A stretch of DNA of 64,000 nt, taken from positions 138,724-202,723 of the forward strand of contig DSCS01000018.1 of NCBI GenBank assembly GCA_011048995.1. Reading direction: 5' to 3'. The notes under the pieces are model-generated. The model did no database searches. It saw only the letters and a program-made list of their open reading frames with translations, and was not told the origin of the DNA. Origin of the DNA: Bacillota bacterium (GTDB lineage Bacteria; Macinerneyibacteriota; Macinerneyibacteria; Macinerneyibacteriales; DSCS01). Positions 28,069 to 37,112 of the stretch are shown here, piece by piece (positions within the stretch are counted from its first letter, which is position 1; every line of letters begins with the position of its first letter). Position numbers and translations under genes: made by a program.

Positions 28069-28473
28069 ATGGTTGAGATTAAAAAAAAATTCAAAGCCCA
28101 TGGTGTTACGCCCTCGATACAACGGATGCTGATCTATCAGTATATTGAAAAAGAGCGGAATCATCCCAGCGTTGATATGATCTATTCGGCTCTGAAGTCG
28201 AAGGCCGCGACCCTCTCCCGCACGACGGTGTATAATAATGTGAGCCTTTTCGTAGAAAAGGGACTGTTGATCCCTCTTTTGACAAAAGAGGCAGAAACAC
28301 GCTATGATCTGGCAGAGCCGGCTCATTCTCATTTTGTATGCCTGAAATGCGGGCAGATCTATGATATCCCGTCCATGCGTTGCCAGAGCGGTTGTGTCCC
28401 CGACGGTTTCCGGGTGCAGAACACACAAGTCTACCTTCAGGGGCTTTGCAGTCGGTGCCGCAATAACGAATAA
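28069..28473 (+). CDS. Fur-family transcriptional regulator (PerR-like by genomic context)
   Basis: N-terminal winged-helix region, HxH, and two C-terminal CxxC pairs (CLKCG...CSRCR). Sits at the head of a peroxide/superoxide defence cluster. Confidence 0.8.
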   Translation: MVEIKKKFKAHGVTPSIQRMLIYQYIEKERNHPSVDMIYSALKSKAATLSRTTVYNNVSLFVEKGLLIPLLTKEAETRYDLAEPAHSHFVCLKCGQIYDIPSMRCQSGCVPDGFRVQNTQVYLQGLCSRCRNNE

Positions 28474-28480
28474 GAATGAT

Positions 28481-28538
28481 TTGACGGCAGGCACTCTTTG
28501 TGTTAAACTGTAATCGTTACAAAAATGATAATGATATA
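28481..28538 (+). promoter_or_regulatory. Promoter of the FDP-rubredoxin-Dfx operon (TTGACG, 17 nt spacer, TAAACT) followed by a Fur-box-like TGATAATGATA element
   Basis: -35 at 28481-28486 and -10 at 28504-28509. The GATAATGAT-type hexamer repeats at 28526-28536 lie between the -10 and the RBS. Confidence 0.4.
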
Positions 28539-28548
28539 AAGGAGACAC

Positions 28549-29709
28549 ATGGAACCTGTCAAAATAAAAGAGGGTGTTTATTGGGTCGGTGCCGTTGATT
28601 GGGGTTTGAGGAATTTTCACGGTTATTCCACAAGCCGGGGTTCCACTTATAACGCCTATCTGATCATCGACGAGAAAATCACCCTCATCGACACGGTCAA
28701 GGAGCGCTTTTTCGATGAAATGACGGAACGTATCAGTAAGATCATCGATCCCTCGAAAATCGATATTATTGTTTCACAGCATGTGGAAATGGACCATTCG
28801 GGAAGTCTTCCCCGTCTTATGGAGCTCTGCCCGGGAGCCGAGATCTATGCCTCGCCCAACGGGGTCCGGGGGCTGAAAGCCCATTACCGCAAAGCCTGGC
28901 CTTTTAAAGAGGCCAAAGGCGGCGACACGCTTTCTATGGGAGAACGAAGCCTCAGATTTCTTTTAACACCAATGGTGCATTGGCCTGACAATATGGTTTC
29001 TTTTTGTCCTGAAGAAAAGATTCTTTTTTCAAATGATTCTTTCGGACAGCATATTGCTTCTTCGGAGCGTTTTGACGATTCCTATCCTTTTGATACGGTC
29101 ATGGAGGAAGCGGCCAAATATTATGCCAACATCGTTCTTCCGTATAGCCCGCAGGTGCGCAAAGAGCTGGAAGCTGCATCCGGCCTTGATGTTGCTGTCA
29201 TTGCACCCAGTCATGGCCTTGTGTTCCGGAGTAAGGTTAAAAATATAATAGGGGCTTATCAGGAATGGGCCGGAAACAAAACAAAGAAAAAAGCAGTTAT
29301 CGTTTATGATACCATGTGGAAGTCCACAGAAAAAATGGCTGTTTCATTGGCTTCCGCCTTTGAATCCAAAGCGTATGGTTTTAAAATGATGTCTTTGGGA
29401 GAAAATCATATTTCTGATATTATGACTGAATTCCTTGATGCCGAGATACTATGCGTCGGGTCCCCCACGCTGAATAACAACATGCTCCCGACAACGGCGT
29501 CCTTTTTGACTTACCTTAAAGGGCTTTCTCCGGGCGGGAGAAAGGCCCTGGCCTTTGGCTCCTACGGATGGGGCGGCCAAAGCGTAAGCCTCATGGAGAA
29601 AGAACTGGAAGCAGCCGGCCTTTCCCTGATGGAGGGCTTTAAAGTGAATTATGTTCCCGATGAAGCACAGCTTAAGAATATTAAAGAAGATTTGGAAAAA
29701 AGGATTTAA
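28549..29709 (+). CDS. Flavodiiron protein (FprA-type A flavoprotein; O2/NO reductase)
   Basis: Metallo-beta-lactamase-like diiron domain HVEMDHSG plus a C-terminal flavodoxin domain. 386 aa. Confidence 0.9.
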   Translation: MEPVKIKEGVYWVGAVDWGLRNFHGYSTSRGSTYNAYLIIDEKITLIDTVKERFFDEMTERISKIIDPSKIDIIVSQHVEMDHSGSLPRLMELCPGAEIYASPNGVRGLKAHYRKAWPFKEAKGGDTLSMGERSLRFLLTPMVHWPDNMVSFCPEEKILFSNDSFGQHIASSERFDDSYPFDTVMEEAAKYYANIVLPYSPQVRKELEAASGLDVAVIAPSHGLVFRSKVKNIIGAYQEWAGNKTKKKAVIVYDTMWKSTEKMAVSLASAFESKAYGFKMMSLGENHISDIMTEFLDAEILCVGSPTLNNNMLPTTASFLTYLKGLSPGGRKALAFGSYGWGGQSVSLMEKELEAAGLSLMEGFKVNYVPDEAQLKNIKEDLEKRI

Positions 29710-29726
29710 CCAAGAGGAGGTGTGCC

Positions 29727-29891
29727 GTGAAAAAATACAGATGTACCATTTGCGGTTATATTTACGATCCCGCCCAGGGAGACCCTGACGGAGGGATAGA
29801 GCCCGGGACAGCCTTTGACGCTATTCCCGATGATTGGGTTTGTCCTGTCTGTGGTGTCAGCAAGGATATGTTTGAGGAAGTAGAGGAGTGA
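29727..29891 (+). CDS. Rubredoxin (GTG start; absent from the supplied ATG-based ORF track)
   Basis: Translation [54 protein letters not shown]. Two CxxCG knuckles and the aromatic core. RBS GAGGAGG 8 nt upstream. 54 aa. Confidence 0.85.
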   Translation: MKKYRCTICGYIYDPAQGDPDGGIEPGTAFDAIPDDWVCPVCGVSKDMFEEVEE

Positions 29892-29895
29892 AAAG

Positions 29896-29913
29896 GGCGG
29901 GGGGACCCCCCGC
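29896..29913 (+). promoter_or_regulatory. GC-only stem-loop between rubredoxin and the ferritin-like gene (no U-tract); possible mRNA stability or processing element
   Basis: GGCGGGGGG-A-CCCCCCGCC, a perfect inverted repeat. Confidence 0.3.
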
Positions 29914-29922
29914 CACAATCTT

Positions 29923-30378
29923 ATGAAAATACCTGATATTCAGTCATCTGAAGAATTTTTGGCTCTGGCGGCTCTTATCGAAAGAAGCGGCGCCGAGATG
30001 TATAAGACGCTGGCCGGCAAAGCGGGAGCAGGCGAGATGGCGGCTCTTTTTACACAACTGGCCGCTGAAGAAGAAGAACATGAAAAGACTTTTTTAAGCC
30101 TCGGCAAAATGTCTCATGAGCCCGGCTTTACGGAAGGAATTTTAAAAAAGAGCGAAGGCAGCGATCTTTTCAGCAGCGAACGTCTGTCAGGTGAGCTGGC
30201 CTATGTGGATGATCCCGAAGATAGTTTGAATTTCGCCATCCGACGGGAGTTGGATACCATTCTTTTTTACAAACGGATGCTGCAAAAAGGGTTTGATGCA
30301 AAACAGATCATCGAAGACGTGATCAAAATGGAAGAAGAACACTTTTACAGGCTTCATCAGTTAAAAGAAAGCCTTTAA
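29923..30378 (+). CDS. Ferritin-like / rubrerythrin-like diiron four-helix-bundle protein without a rubredoxin domain
   Basis: Two E...ExxH motifs ([11 protein letters not shown] and [10 protein letters not shown]). Confidence 0.55.
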   Translation: MKIPDIQSSEEFLALAALIERSGAEMYKTLAGKAGAGEMAALFTQLAAEEEEHEKTFLSLGKMSHEPGFTEGILKKSEGSDLFSSERLSGELAYVDDPEDSLNFAIRRELDTILFYKRMLQKGFDAKQIIEDVIKMEEEHFYRLHQLKESL

Positions 30379-30392
30379 AAAAAGGAGGTCTT

Positions 30393-30773
30393 ATGGCAAA
30401 ACGAAGCGAGATCTACAAATGTGAAATCTGTGGAAATATTGTGGAAGTCCTGCATGGCGGAGCCGGGGAACTGGTCTGCTGCGGCCAGCCCATGGTTAAA
30501 ATGGAGGCGCAGACGGCTGATTCTTCAACGGAGAAACATGTCCCCGTCATCGAAAAGTTAGGAGACGGAAAGGTCAAAGTCACTGTCGGAAGCGTTTTAC
30601 ATCCTATGGAGGAGAAACATTATATTGAATGGATCGAACTCCGTTCCGGTGATAAATCCTGCCGTGCTTATCTGGAGCCCGGCCAAAAGCCTGAAGCTCT
30701 CTTTCAAATGGACGGCGATCATTTTACAGCCCGTGAATATTGCAATATTCATAAACTTTGGGCTACGGAATAG
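30393..30773 (+). CDS. dfx: Desulfoferrodoxin (2Fe superoxide reductase)
   Basis: N-terminal desulforedoxin Cys4 (CEICGN...CCGQPM) and SOR centre (HVP...H...C..H). 126 aa. Confidence 0.9.
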   Translation: MAKRSEIYKCEICGNIVEVLHGGAGELVCCGQPMVKMEAQTADSSTEKHVPVIEKLGDGKVKVTVGSVLHPMEEKHYIEWIELRSGDKSCRAYLEPGQKPEALFQMDGDHFTAREYCNIHKLWATE

Positions 30774-30781
30774 GAGCTGCT

Positions 30782-31267
30782 GTGAAGAAAAAGATTCAAG
30801 AGGCTCTTAATGATCAGATCAATAAGGAGCTTTATTCAGCTTATCTCTACTTGTCCATGAGCGCTTACCTTGAAGCACAGTCTCTTCCCGGGGCGGCAAA
30901 ATGGATGAAATTGCAGGCCGAAGAAGAAGTCGAGCACGCCATGAAAATCTTCTCATTTGTCAATGAGAGAGACGGAAGGGTACTGCTTGCTCCTATCGAG
31001 GGGCCTAAACAGGAATGGACTTCTCCCCTGGAGGTCTTTCAGCAGGCGTTAAAACATGAGATATTTGTCACGGAATCCATTAATAACATCGTCACATCAG
31101 CCTCTGATGAGAAAGATTATGCAACACTAAACTTTCTTCAGTGGTTTGTGGCTGAACAGGTCGAAGAGGAAGCCAATGCCCGGGAGAATGTGGAAATGTT
31201 CAAGCGGGTGGAAAATAACCCTCATGGCTTGTTCATGGTGGACCGCGCTTTGGCAGCAAGAGAATAA
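30782..31267 (+). CDS. Non-haem ferritin
   Basis: Ferritin N-terminal block [23 protein letters not shown] and ferroxidase E/H residues. GTG start with RBS AGGAG preferred over the TTG at 30758 used by the ORF track. Confidence 0.8.
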   Translation: MKKKIQEALNDQINKELYSAYLYLSMSAYLEAQSLPGAAKWMKLQAEEEVEHAMKIFSFVNERDGRVLLAPIEGPKQEWTSPLEVFQQALKHEIFVTESINNIVTSASDEKDYATLNFLQWFVAEQVEEEANARENVEMFKRVENNPHGLFMVDRALAARE

Positions 31268-31295
31268 TCCGAGAATAAACGATCAAGGAGGAACA

Positions 31296-31874
31296 ATGGG
31301 AAAAAGCGTTAAAGGAACAAGGACAGAACAGAATCTTTTGGCTTCTTTTGCCGGAGAGTCACAGGCCCGCAGCCGATACACGATGTTTGCTAAAATTGCA
31401 AAAAAAGAGGGTTATGAGCAGATCGCTGCAATTTTTTCGGAGACCGCCGATAATGAGTTGGAGCATGCGAAAAGATTTTTCCGTTTTTTGGAAGGCGGCA
31501 TGACGGAGATCACAGCGACATTCCCCGCGGGAATCGAAGGGACGACCATTGAAAATCTGAAGGCGGCCGCCGAAGGGGAGAATGAAGAGCATACCGAGCT
31601 TTACCCTCAGGCTGCTGATATTGCTGATGAAGAAGGATTCTCGGAAATCGCCAATCTTTTCAGAAATGTGGCCAAAGTTGAAAAACATCATGAAGAGCGC
31701 TATTTGGCTTTGATGAAGCAAGTCAAGGACGGCACTGTCTTTAAGAAAAAAGAAAAGGTCGCATGGAAATGCCGGAACTGCGGTTATATTCATGAAGGCG
31801 CAGAACCCCCGGAGAAATGTCCGGCCTGTATTCATCCCAAAGCCTATTTTGAGGTGCTCTGCGAAACCTTTTAA
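31296..31874 (+). CDS. rbr: Rubrerythrin
   Basis: Diiron ExxH motifs plus the C-terminal rubredoxin-like CRNCGY...CPAC. RBS GGAGG before ATG 31296. The ORF track start at 31146 lies upstream of the RBS-supported start and would overlap the ferritin gene. Confidence 0.9.
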   Translation: MGKSVKGTRTEQNLLASFAGESQARSRYTMFAKIAKKEGYEQIAAIFSETADNELEHAKRFFRFLEGGMTEITATFPAGIEGTTIENLKAAAEGENEEHTELYPQAADIADEEGFSEIANLFRNVAKVEKHHEERYLALMKQVKDGTVFKKKEKVAWKCRNCGYIHEGAEPPEKCPACIHPKAYFEVLCETF

Positions 31875-31883
31875 GGACTGTGA

Positions 31884-31912
31884 GCCCGGGGGAGACCCCG
31901 GGCTTTTTTTTT
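31884..31912 (+). terminator. Rho-independent terminator after rubrerythrin
   Basis: GCCCGGGGG-AGA-CCCCGGGC stem followed by T9. Confidence 0.8.
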
Positions 31913-32603
31913 AATTGACGGATGTTCTGATAAAAAAATCTGAAATATTCTGATTGACGGCCAGAGTGAGGTTAAGGTCTCTTTTTTGCCAGGGGGCCAG
32001 ATAATTCAGTACGACCTGCTTTGTCTCGACGACAGTCCCATAGGCATTTTGAAAATGAAAAGTGATTCCGATGTTTAAAAACTGATAACGGCTTTCATTT
32101 TTAACCGTGCAGGAAAAGAGCATGAACTCGTTAAACGGTTTAAGGTCAAAATCAGCAAAGCGGAAAGTATGGATGATGACAGGCTCTTTATCGGAAAAAA
32201 GTTTCTCCCGGGCTTTGGCATCCTCTCCGGCAACGGATAATTTTGAACGCAGGGATTGAACAAGTTCATCAAAATATTGTTTCTCAGCCAGGCTCATGGG
32301 AATATAATCAAAGTTGTCAATGGCTCCCATGTAGAAATAAAGGGTTTTACTGAATCCCTTTTCAAATTGCACAGAGAGCCCGGTTTCGCCGGTCTGCTTT
32401 GTATAAAGAGTATCGCTCAAGGCGGCAAACCCCTCTTCTGTGAGAACCATATCGATGACGGCTTTTGCCTTGTTAAAATCATGCGAGGAGGCGATCTGAT
32501 AGATGCGCGGGGAAGAAAGGTTGCGCCCGGACGGGTCTATATTAGACTTGCATTGAATGAGTAAAATCGGTAAGATGAAAAAAATGAAATAAAGGCGTTT
32601 CAT
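31911..32603 (-). CDS. Secreted/lipoprotein of unknown function
   Basis: Signal peptide with the lipobox-like LLIQCK. The only minus-strand gene in this neighbourhood, convergent with rbr. Confidence 0.45.
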   Translation of the reverse strand: MKRLYFIFFILPILLIQCKSNIDPSGRNLSSPRIYQIASSHDFNKAKAVIDMVLTEEGFAALSDTLYTKQTGETGLSVQFEKGFSKTLYFYMGAIDNFDYIPMSLAEKQYFDELVQSLRSKLSVAGEDAKAREKLFSDKEPVIIHTFRFADFDLKPFNEFMLFSCTVKNESRYQFLNIGITFHFQNAYGTVVETKQVVLNYLAPWQKRDLNLTLAVNQNISDFFIRTSVN

Positions 32604-32650
32604 AGCAGCAGTGTAACAAAAAGACGACGCTAATTCAAGGAGAACCTTTA

Positions 32651-33652
32651 ATGGAAAAAATATGTGTTATCGGAGCCGGAATATGGGGGACTGTCATGGC
32701 ACACAGGCTGGCCTCCCGGAATGCGGATGTCGTTATCTGGGCTCATGAAGGCGAAACTGCGGAGAATATTAACCTAAAACAGGAGAATACCCTATTCGCT
32801 CCGAAGATGATTCTTCATCCCGGCTTAAAGGCGACCGATTCATTTTCGGAATGCGAAAAGGCCGATATTCTGATCAATGCCGTTCCTGTCCAATACATGG
32901 AAGATGTCTGGTCCCGCTTTTCTGTTCGGCCCGGTATCCCTGTGATCAATCTCTCTAAAGGCATTGAAAACAGGAGCATGGAATTTCCCGCTGAGATCCT
33001 GAGACGGGTGACAAACCACAAAAACCCCGTTTATGCCTTATCCGGCCCTTCTTTTGCCAGAGAAGTCTATCAGGAGCTGCATACGGCCGTCGTTTTAGCC
33101 GGGAAAGAGGGGGAAGAGGCTCGCCGGCTTCAAGCCCTTCTCAGTGATGAGACATTGCGTGTTTATCGTAATGAAGATCTGACCGGTGTCGAAGTGGCCG
33201 GCGCCCTGAAAAACGTTATCGCAGTCGGGGCCGGAATTATTGACGGAATCAGCTCCGGGATGAATACTCAGGCGGCTGTGATCACACGGGGTGTGGCTGA
33301 AACCATGAGGCTGGGGCGGAAGATGGGAGCTAAAGAGTCTACTTTCCTGGGATTAGCCGGCTTCGGGGATTTTATACTGACCTGTACTCATGCGATGAGC
33401 AGGAATTTTACTTTCGGCCGGATCCTGGCTCAAACGGCATCTGTGGAGCAGGCCTTAGAGAAAGCCGGAGGCATCGTCGAAGGATATTATACATTGAAAA
33501 GCGCCGTGGCCATGGGGCAAAGGGAACAAGTGGAATTGCCCATTATGGACGGTTTGTTCCGGATCATTTATCAGAGGGAAAAGATCAGTAGTGTGATCTC
33601 AGTCCTGATGAGCCGTGATCTGAAATCAGAGTGGGGAGCCTATTCCTCTTAA
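32651..33652 (+). CDS. gpsA: NAD(P)H-dependent glycerol-3-phosphate dehydrogenase
   Basis: GAGIWGT Rossmann, typical GpsA length and motifs. Confidence 0.9.
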   Translation: MEKICVIGAGIWGTVMAHRLASRNADVVIWAHEGETAENINLKQENTLFAPKMILHPGLKATDSFSECEKADILINAVPVQYMEDVWSRFSVRPGIPVINLSKGIENRSMEFPAEILRRVTNHKNPVYALSGPSFAREVYQELHTAVVLAGKEGEEARRLQALLSDETLRVYRNEDLTGVEVAGALKNVIAVGAGIIDGISSGMNTQAAVITRGVAETMRLGRKMGAKESTFLGLAGFGDFILTCTHAMSRNFTFGRILAQTASVEQALEKAGGIVEGYYTLKSAVAMGQREQVELPIMDGLFRIIYQREKISSVISVLMSRDLKSEWGAYSS

Positions 33653-33682
33653 GGAAAGGTCATCCGGGAAAGAGAGGCATCA

Positions 33683-35281
33683 ATGAAAGAATGGCTGGAA
33701 AAAATGGAGAAAAAAGGAAAAGTCGTCGGATTTTTAAAAAACAACGAAATATTTTCGCTTTTGGAAAAGAGTGAGGCCGGAAACGGAGAGGGGACATCGC
33801 CGATTTATCTGGATACCAAAGAAGGCCATGCCATCTATGAAAAGAGCATGGTCCTTCTCTTTGCCGCTGCCGTCAAAGCCCTCTATCCCCATGCAGAGGT
33901 CCATGTGGAGCATACTATCGACACGGGGCTTTATTTTACGCTGACAGACCGCTCTTTTCCGCTTCTTAAGATGGAGCATGTGGCAAAGATAAAAGAAAAG
34001 ATGGACGAGATGATCCGTGAAGGACTGCCTTTTGTCCTGTATAAAGGCCTTCCCCGAAAAGAGATGCTTAAAAAACTGCGCAGAGAAGAGAATGAGGACA
34101 AAGTCGAGTTGTATAAACAATTGGAATGCCAATCACTGGTCACTCTGGACGAAAAGGTCTATGATTACGGCTTTTTTAAGACAGTTCCCTCGACCTCTTA
34201 TCTTCAGGTCTTTGACCTTCTCTATTATCCCCCCGGATTGATCATTCGCATGCCTCTGATCGATGATCATACACAGCTGGCCCCATTCAGAGAGCAAAAA
34301 AAACTTTTCCGTATCCATCAGGAGTTTAAACAATGGGCCGAGATCCTTAATATGGAATTCGTCGCGTCATTGAACGATCTTATTGAGCAGGAAAAACACA
34401 GAGAGATGATCCTGGTTTCTGAGGCTCTTCAGGAAAAACAGATCATTCAAATCGCCGGAGAAATCGTCAAAATGAGTGAACATAGCCGTTTGATCCTGAT
34501 CGCCGGGCCTTCTTCTTCGGGAAAGACGACTTTTTCCAAAAAACTGGCGACTTATATCAAAACATGGGGGATTTCTCCTGTGGCTATCGGAATGGATGAC
34601 TTTTTCCTTCCCTGGGACCGGACACCCAGGACTGAAAAGGGGGAGATGGATTTTGAATGCGTGGAAACGATTGACCTGGACCTTTTTAACGAGCAGTTGA
34701 TCCTTCTCATGGAAGGGCATGAGGTAACGCTTCCCAAATATGATTTTCTCACAGGGACACGGGGCGAGGGGAAGAAACTGAAACTTTCTCCTTCTCAACC
34801 CATTGTCATTGAGGGGATACATGCCTTGAATCCCAAGTTGACCGAAGCGATCCCCGACAATCTTAAATTTAAAGTCTATGTCAGCGCATTGACCCAGCTC
34901 AATATGGACTATTACAACCGCATTAAAACCACTGATGTGCGCCTGGTCAGGCGCATGGTCAGAGACGCCCAATTCCGGGGCCATTCCGCACTGGATACAT
35001 TAAAGATGTGGGGGAAAGTCAGGGCGGGAGAGGATAAGTATATTTTCCCTTATCAGGAAACAGCCGATGTCATGTTTAATTCTTCTCTGCCTTATGAGCT
35101 TTGCATATTAAAACCATTTGCATTGAAGCTCCTTAAAGAGGTTCCCCGGGAAGCTCCTGAGTATCTGAAGGTTTGGGAACTGACGATGATTTTGAGCCTC
35201 ATCCATGAGCTGGACCCTTATTATACGCCGAAGACTTCTATTATAAGGGAATTTGTGGGAAACAGCCTCTACGAGTATTGA
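33683..35281 (+). CDS. Uridine kinase/phosphoribulokinase-family nucleoside kinase with N-terminal ThrRS/AlaRS second-additional-domain-like region
   Basis: P-loop IAGPSSSGKTT, the uridine kinase core, and an N-terminal ~270 aa region resembling the tRNA_SAD domain. Confidence 0.7.
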   Translation: MKEWLEKMEKKGKVVGFLKNNEIFSLLEKSEAGNGEGTSPIYLDTKEGHAIYEKSMVLLFAAAVKALYPHAEVHVEHTIDTGLYFTLTDRSFPLLKMEHVAKIKEKMDEMIREGLPFVLYKGLPRKEMLKKLRREENEDKVELYKQLECQSLVTLDEKVYDYGFFKTVPSTSYLQVFDLLYYPPGLIIRMPLIDDHTQLAPFREQKKLFRIHQEFKQWAEILNMEFVASLNDLIEQEKHREMILVSEALQEKQIIQIAGEIVKMSEHSRLILIAGPSSSGKTTFSKKLATYIKTWGISPVAIGMDDFFLPWDRTPRTEKGEMDFECVETIDLDLFNEQLILLMEGHEVTLPKYDFLTGTRGEGKKLKLSPSQPIVIEGIHALNPKLTEAIPDNLKFKVYVSALTQLNMDYYNRIKTTDVRLVRRMVRDAQFRGHSALDTLKMWGKVRAGEDKYIFPYQETADVMFNSSLPYELCILKPFALKLLKEVPREAPEYLKVWELTMILSLIHELDPYYTPKTSIIREFVGNSLYEY

Positions 35282-35286
35282 TAAAA

Positions 35287-35314
35287 TTGACAGAATGAAA
35301 CTTTTCAGTATAAT
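35287..35314 (+). promoter_or_regulatory. Consensus sigma70 promoter (TTGACA, 16 nt spacer, TATAAT) upstream of the SPFH gene, with a ~95-nt leader
   Basis: -35 at 35287-35292 and -10 at 35309-35314. The leader contains the GATGATC...GATCATC hairpin at about 35372-35397. Confidence 0.6.
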
Positions 35315-35411
35315 GGGATGAGAAGCAGAAGGCCGTCAGCCGGGGCGCATCTCCGCTGTGAGTTGTGCAGGATGATCCTTGCAAGGAGATCATCAAAGGA
35401 CAGGAGATATT

Positions 35412-36530
35412 ATGTCAGAATTTATTGAAGTCCTGGAAGTTACCGACAATTCCGAGAATGAGATCATAAAGCGTATTCCCGAACAGGGCTCTTTGCCCAT
35501 AAAAATAGGTGCTCAGCTCATTGTTCGGGAACATCAAAGAGCGGTCTTTTACAGAGACGGCAAAGCCCTGGACGCTTTCGGTCCGGGCCGCCATACGGTC
35601 ACAACGGCCAACCTCCCCATACTGACCAAAGCCCTTTCTCTGCCTTTCGGTTTTAAATCACCTTTTCGCGCGGAAGTGGTCTTTGTCAATTCAAAAGTCT
35701 TTCTGAACATGAAATGGGGAACGAAAAACCCCATTGCTTTAAAAGATAAAGAGTTAGGTGTCGTCAATTTGAGGGCTTTCGGTGTCTATTCCATGAGAAT
35801 CATCCAACCTGTTCTTTTTGTCAATCAGATCGTAGGGGCGCGTGGGGTTTATGATACCAAGCCCCTGGAAGATTTTTTTAGGGACATGATCGCTTCCCGG
35901 GTCACCGATCTACTGGGGGAGACAGTAACGACTGTCTTCGATTTGCCGGCCCGCTTTGATGAACTCTCGAAGAATGCTCGTGAGCGTATGACAGAAGATT
36001 TTAAACAGTACGGCATCGAATTGAAGGATTTTGCCATCAGCAGTATCAATCCTCCTGAAGAAGTGCAACAGATGATCGATGAGCGCTCCGGTATGGGCCT
36101 GTTTTCCGATTCAAAAGACTATCTTCAGTTTAAAGCTGCCCGCGCCATGGGGGATGCCGCTGCCAAGGGAGAAGGAAGCGCTTCGGAAGGTATGGGGCTG
36201 GGAATCGGAGCAGGGCTGGGTTTTCTGTTGCCGGGCATGGTCGGAACCGGGCAGGTCAATCCGGGCCAGGAGAAAGTCCCTTGTCCAGCATGCGGAGCAA
36301 TGAATGAAGTGGGAGCTAAATTCTGCGCTTCCTGCGGCGAAAAGATGATGGTTGTTTCCCGTTCTCAGGAGCCTTGCCCGGCTTGCGGACGCCCGATACC
36401 TTTAGGGGCAAAATTCTGTCCCCATTGTGGCGAGGTCGTGCAAAAGAAAAAATGCCCCTCCTGCGGAAATCCCATTTCTGAAGATAATAAATTCTGTCCC
36501 CATTGCGGGCATGACTTAAAGAAGGAATAA
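35412..36530 (+). CDS. SPFH/band-7 domain protein with C-terminal tandem zinc-ribbon repeats
   Basis: SPFH-like N-domain and four CPxCG-type knuckles at the C-terminus (CPACGA, CASCGE, CPACGR, CPHCGE, CPSCGN, CPHCGH). RBS AGGAG before ATG 35412. The ORF track start at 35379 is 5' of the RBS. Confidence 0.75.
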   Translation: MSEFIEVLEVTDNSENEIIKRIPEQGSLPIKIGAQLIVREHQRAVFYRDGKALDAFGPGRHTVTTANLPILTKALSLPFGFKSPFRAEVVFVNSKVFLNMKWGTKNPIALKDKELGVVNLRAFGVYSMRIIQPVLFVNQIVGARGVYDTKPLEDFFRDMIASRVTDLLGETVTTVFDLPARFDELSKNARERMTEDFKQYGIELKDFAISSINPPEEVQQMIDERSGMGLFSDSKDYLQFKAARAMGDAAAKGEGSASEGMGLGIGAGLGFLLPGMVGTGQVNPGQEKVPCPACGAMNEVGAKFCASCGEKMMVVSRSQEPCPACGRPIPLGAKFCPHCGEVVQKKKCPSCGNPISEDNKFCPHCGHDLKKE

Positions 36531-36533
36531 GAT

Positions 36534-37112
36534 TTGGCCGCCAAGATCACACCCAATGACGTCAAAAAGCTTGAAGTCAAGATGAAGGAGCTGGAAGAGG
36601 AGATAAAAGAACTCTATAAAGCTCCTGATCATCGTAAGTCCCATCATATCCGTGTCATCCGGGATATTCAAAACTATATTGAGAAAAAGATAAAAGAATA
36701 TCAACCTTCCATGACTAATGCTGTCACCGGGGTGAAGTTCCCTTTTGAGAACTTTGTCTATGTCTACCGGGTGAAAGAGGGGTATTTCGAAACACAGATC
36801 AACGAAGCTCTTTATAAACCTCCCGGCTCTTTTGTTTACGACGAGAAAACGGGGAAGGTGGAAAAGAAAAAAGAGACCATTGCCGATAAAGTGATCAAAA
36901 AAACAAAAAGCGACCCTCTGGATAATCAGCTGGAGACGGCTTTGTCCCGTCTTGTCCCCAATGAGACCAAACGGGCTCTGCTCAAGCAATCGGTAAAAGA
37001 GCAGATCGAAGCGGCGAAACAGAAGGCCGGGAAAGATTATAAGGTCACGGTTCAGGTTGGCAAAAACGAATCGGGAAAACCCTCTGTAAAGGTCAAACTC
37101 ATAAAAAAATGA
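36534..37112 (+). CDS. K/E-rich predicted coiled-coil protein of unknown function (TTG start)
   Basis: Begins 4 nt after the SPFH gene stop with TTG preceded by AAGGAA. No recognisable domain. Confidence 0.4.
   Translation: MAAKITPNDVKKLEVKMKELEEEIKELYKAPDHRKSHHIRVIRDIQNYIEKKIKEYQPSMTNAVTGVKFPFENFVYVYRVKEGYFETQINEALYKPPGSFVYDEKTGKVEKKKETIADKVIKKTKSDPLDNQLETALSRLVPNETKRALLKQSVKEQIEAAKQKAGKDYKVTVQVGKNESGKPSVKVKLIKK

Noticed and set aside
29706-29918. 70-aa minus-strand ORF in the FDP-to-ferritin-like gap
   Set aside because: It overlaps the far better supported + strand rubredoxin, which has its RBS and Cys4 motifs. The antisense ORF has no features.
31146-31295. ORF-track extension of rubrerythrin 150 nt upstream (start 31146)
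   Set aside because: That extension would overlap the ferritin gene by about 120 nt and adds a non-homologous N-terminus. ATG 31296 has a GGAGG RBS and matches the canonical rubrerythrin N-terminus.
35315-35411. Possible riboswitch in the SPFH gene leader
   Set aside because: It is structured, but I cannot match it to any riboswitch consensus I know (no SAM, TPP, FMN, glycine, c-di-GMP or other signature). It is kept only as a generic regulatory leader in the findings.
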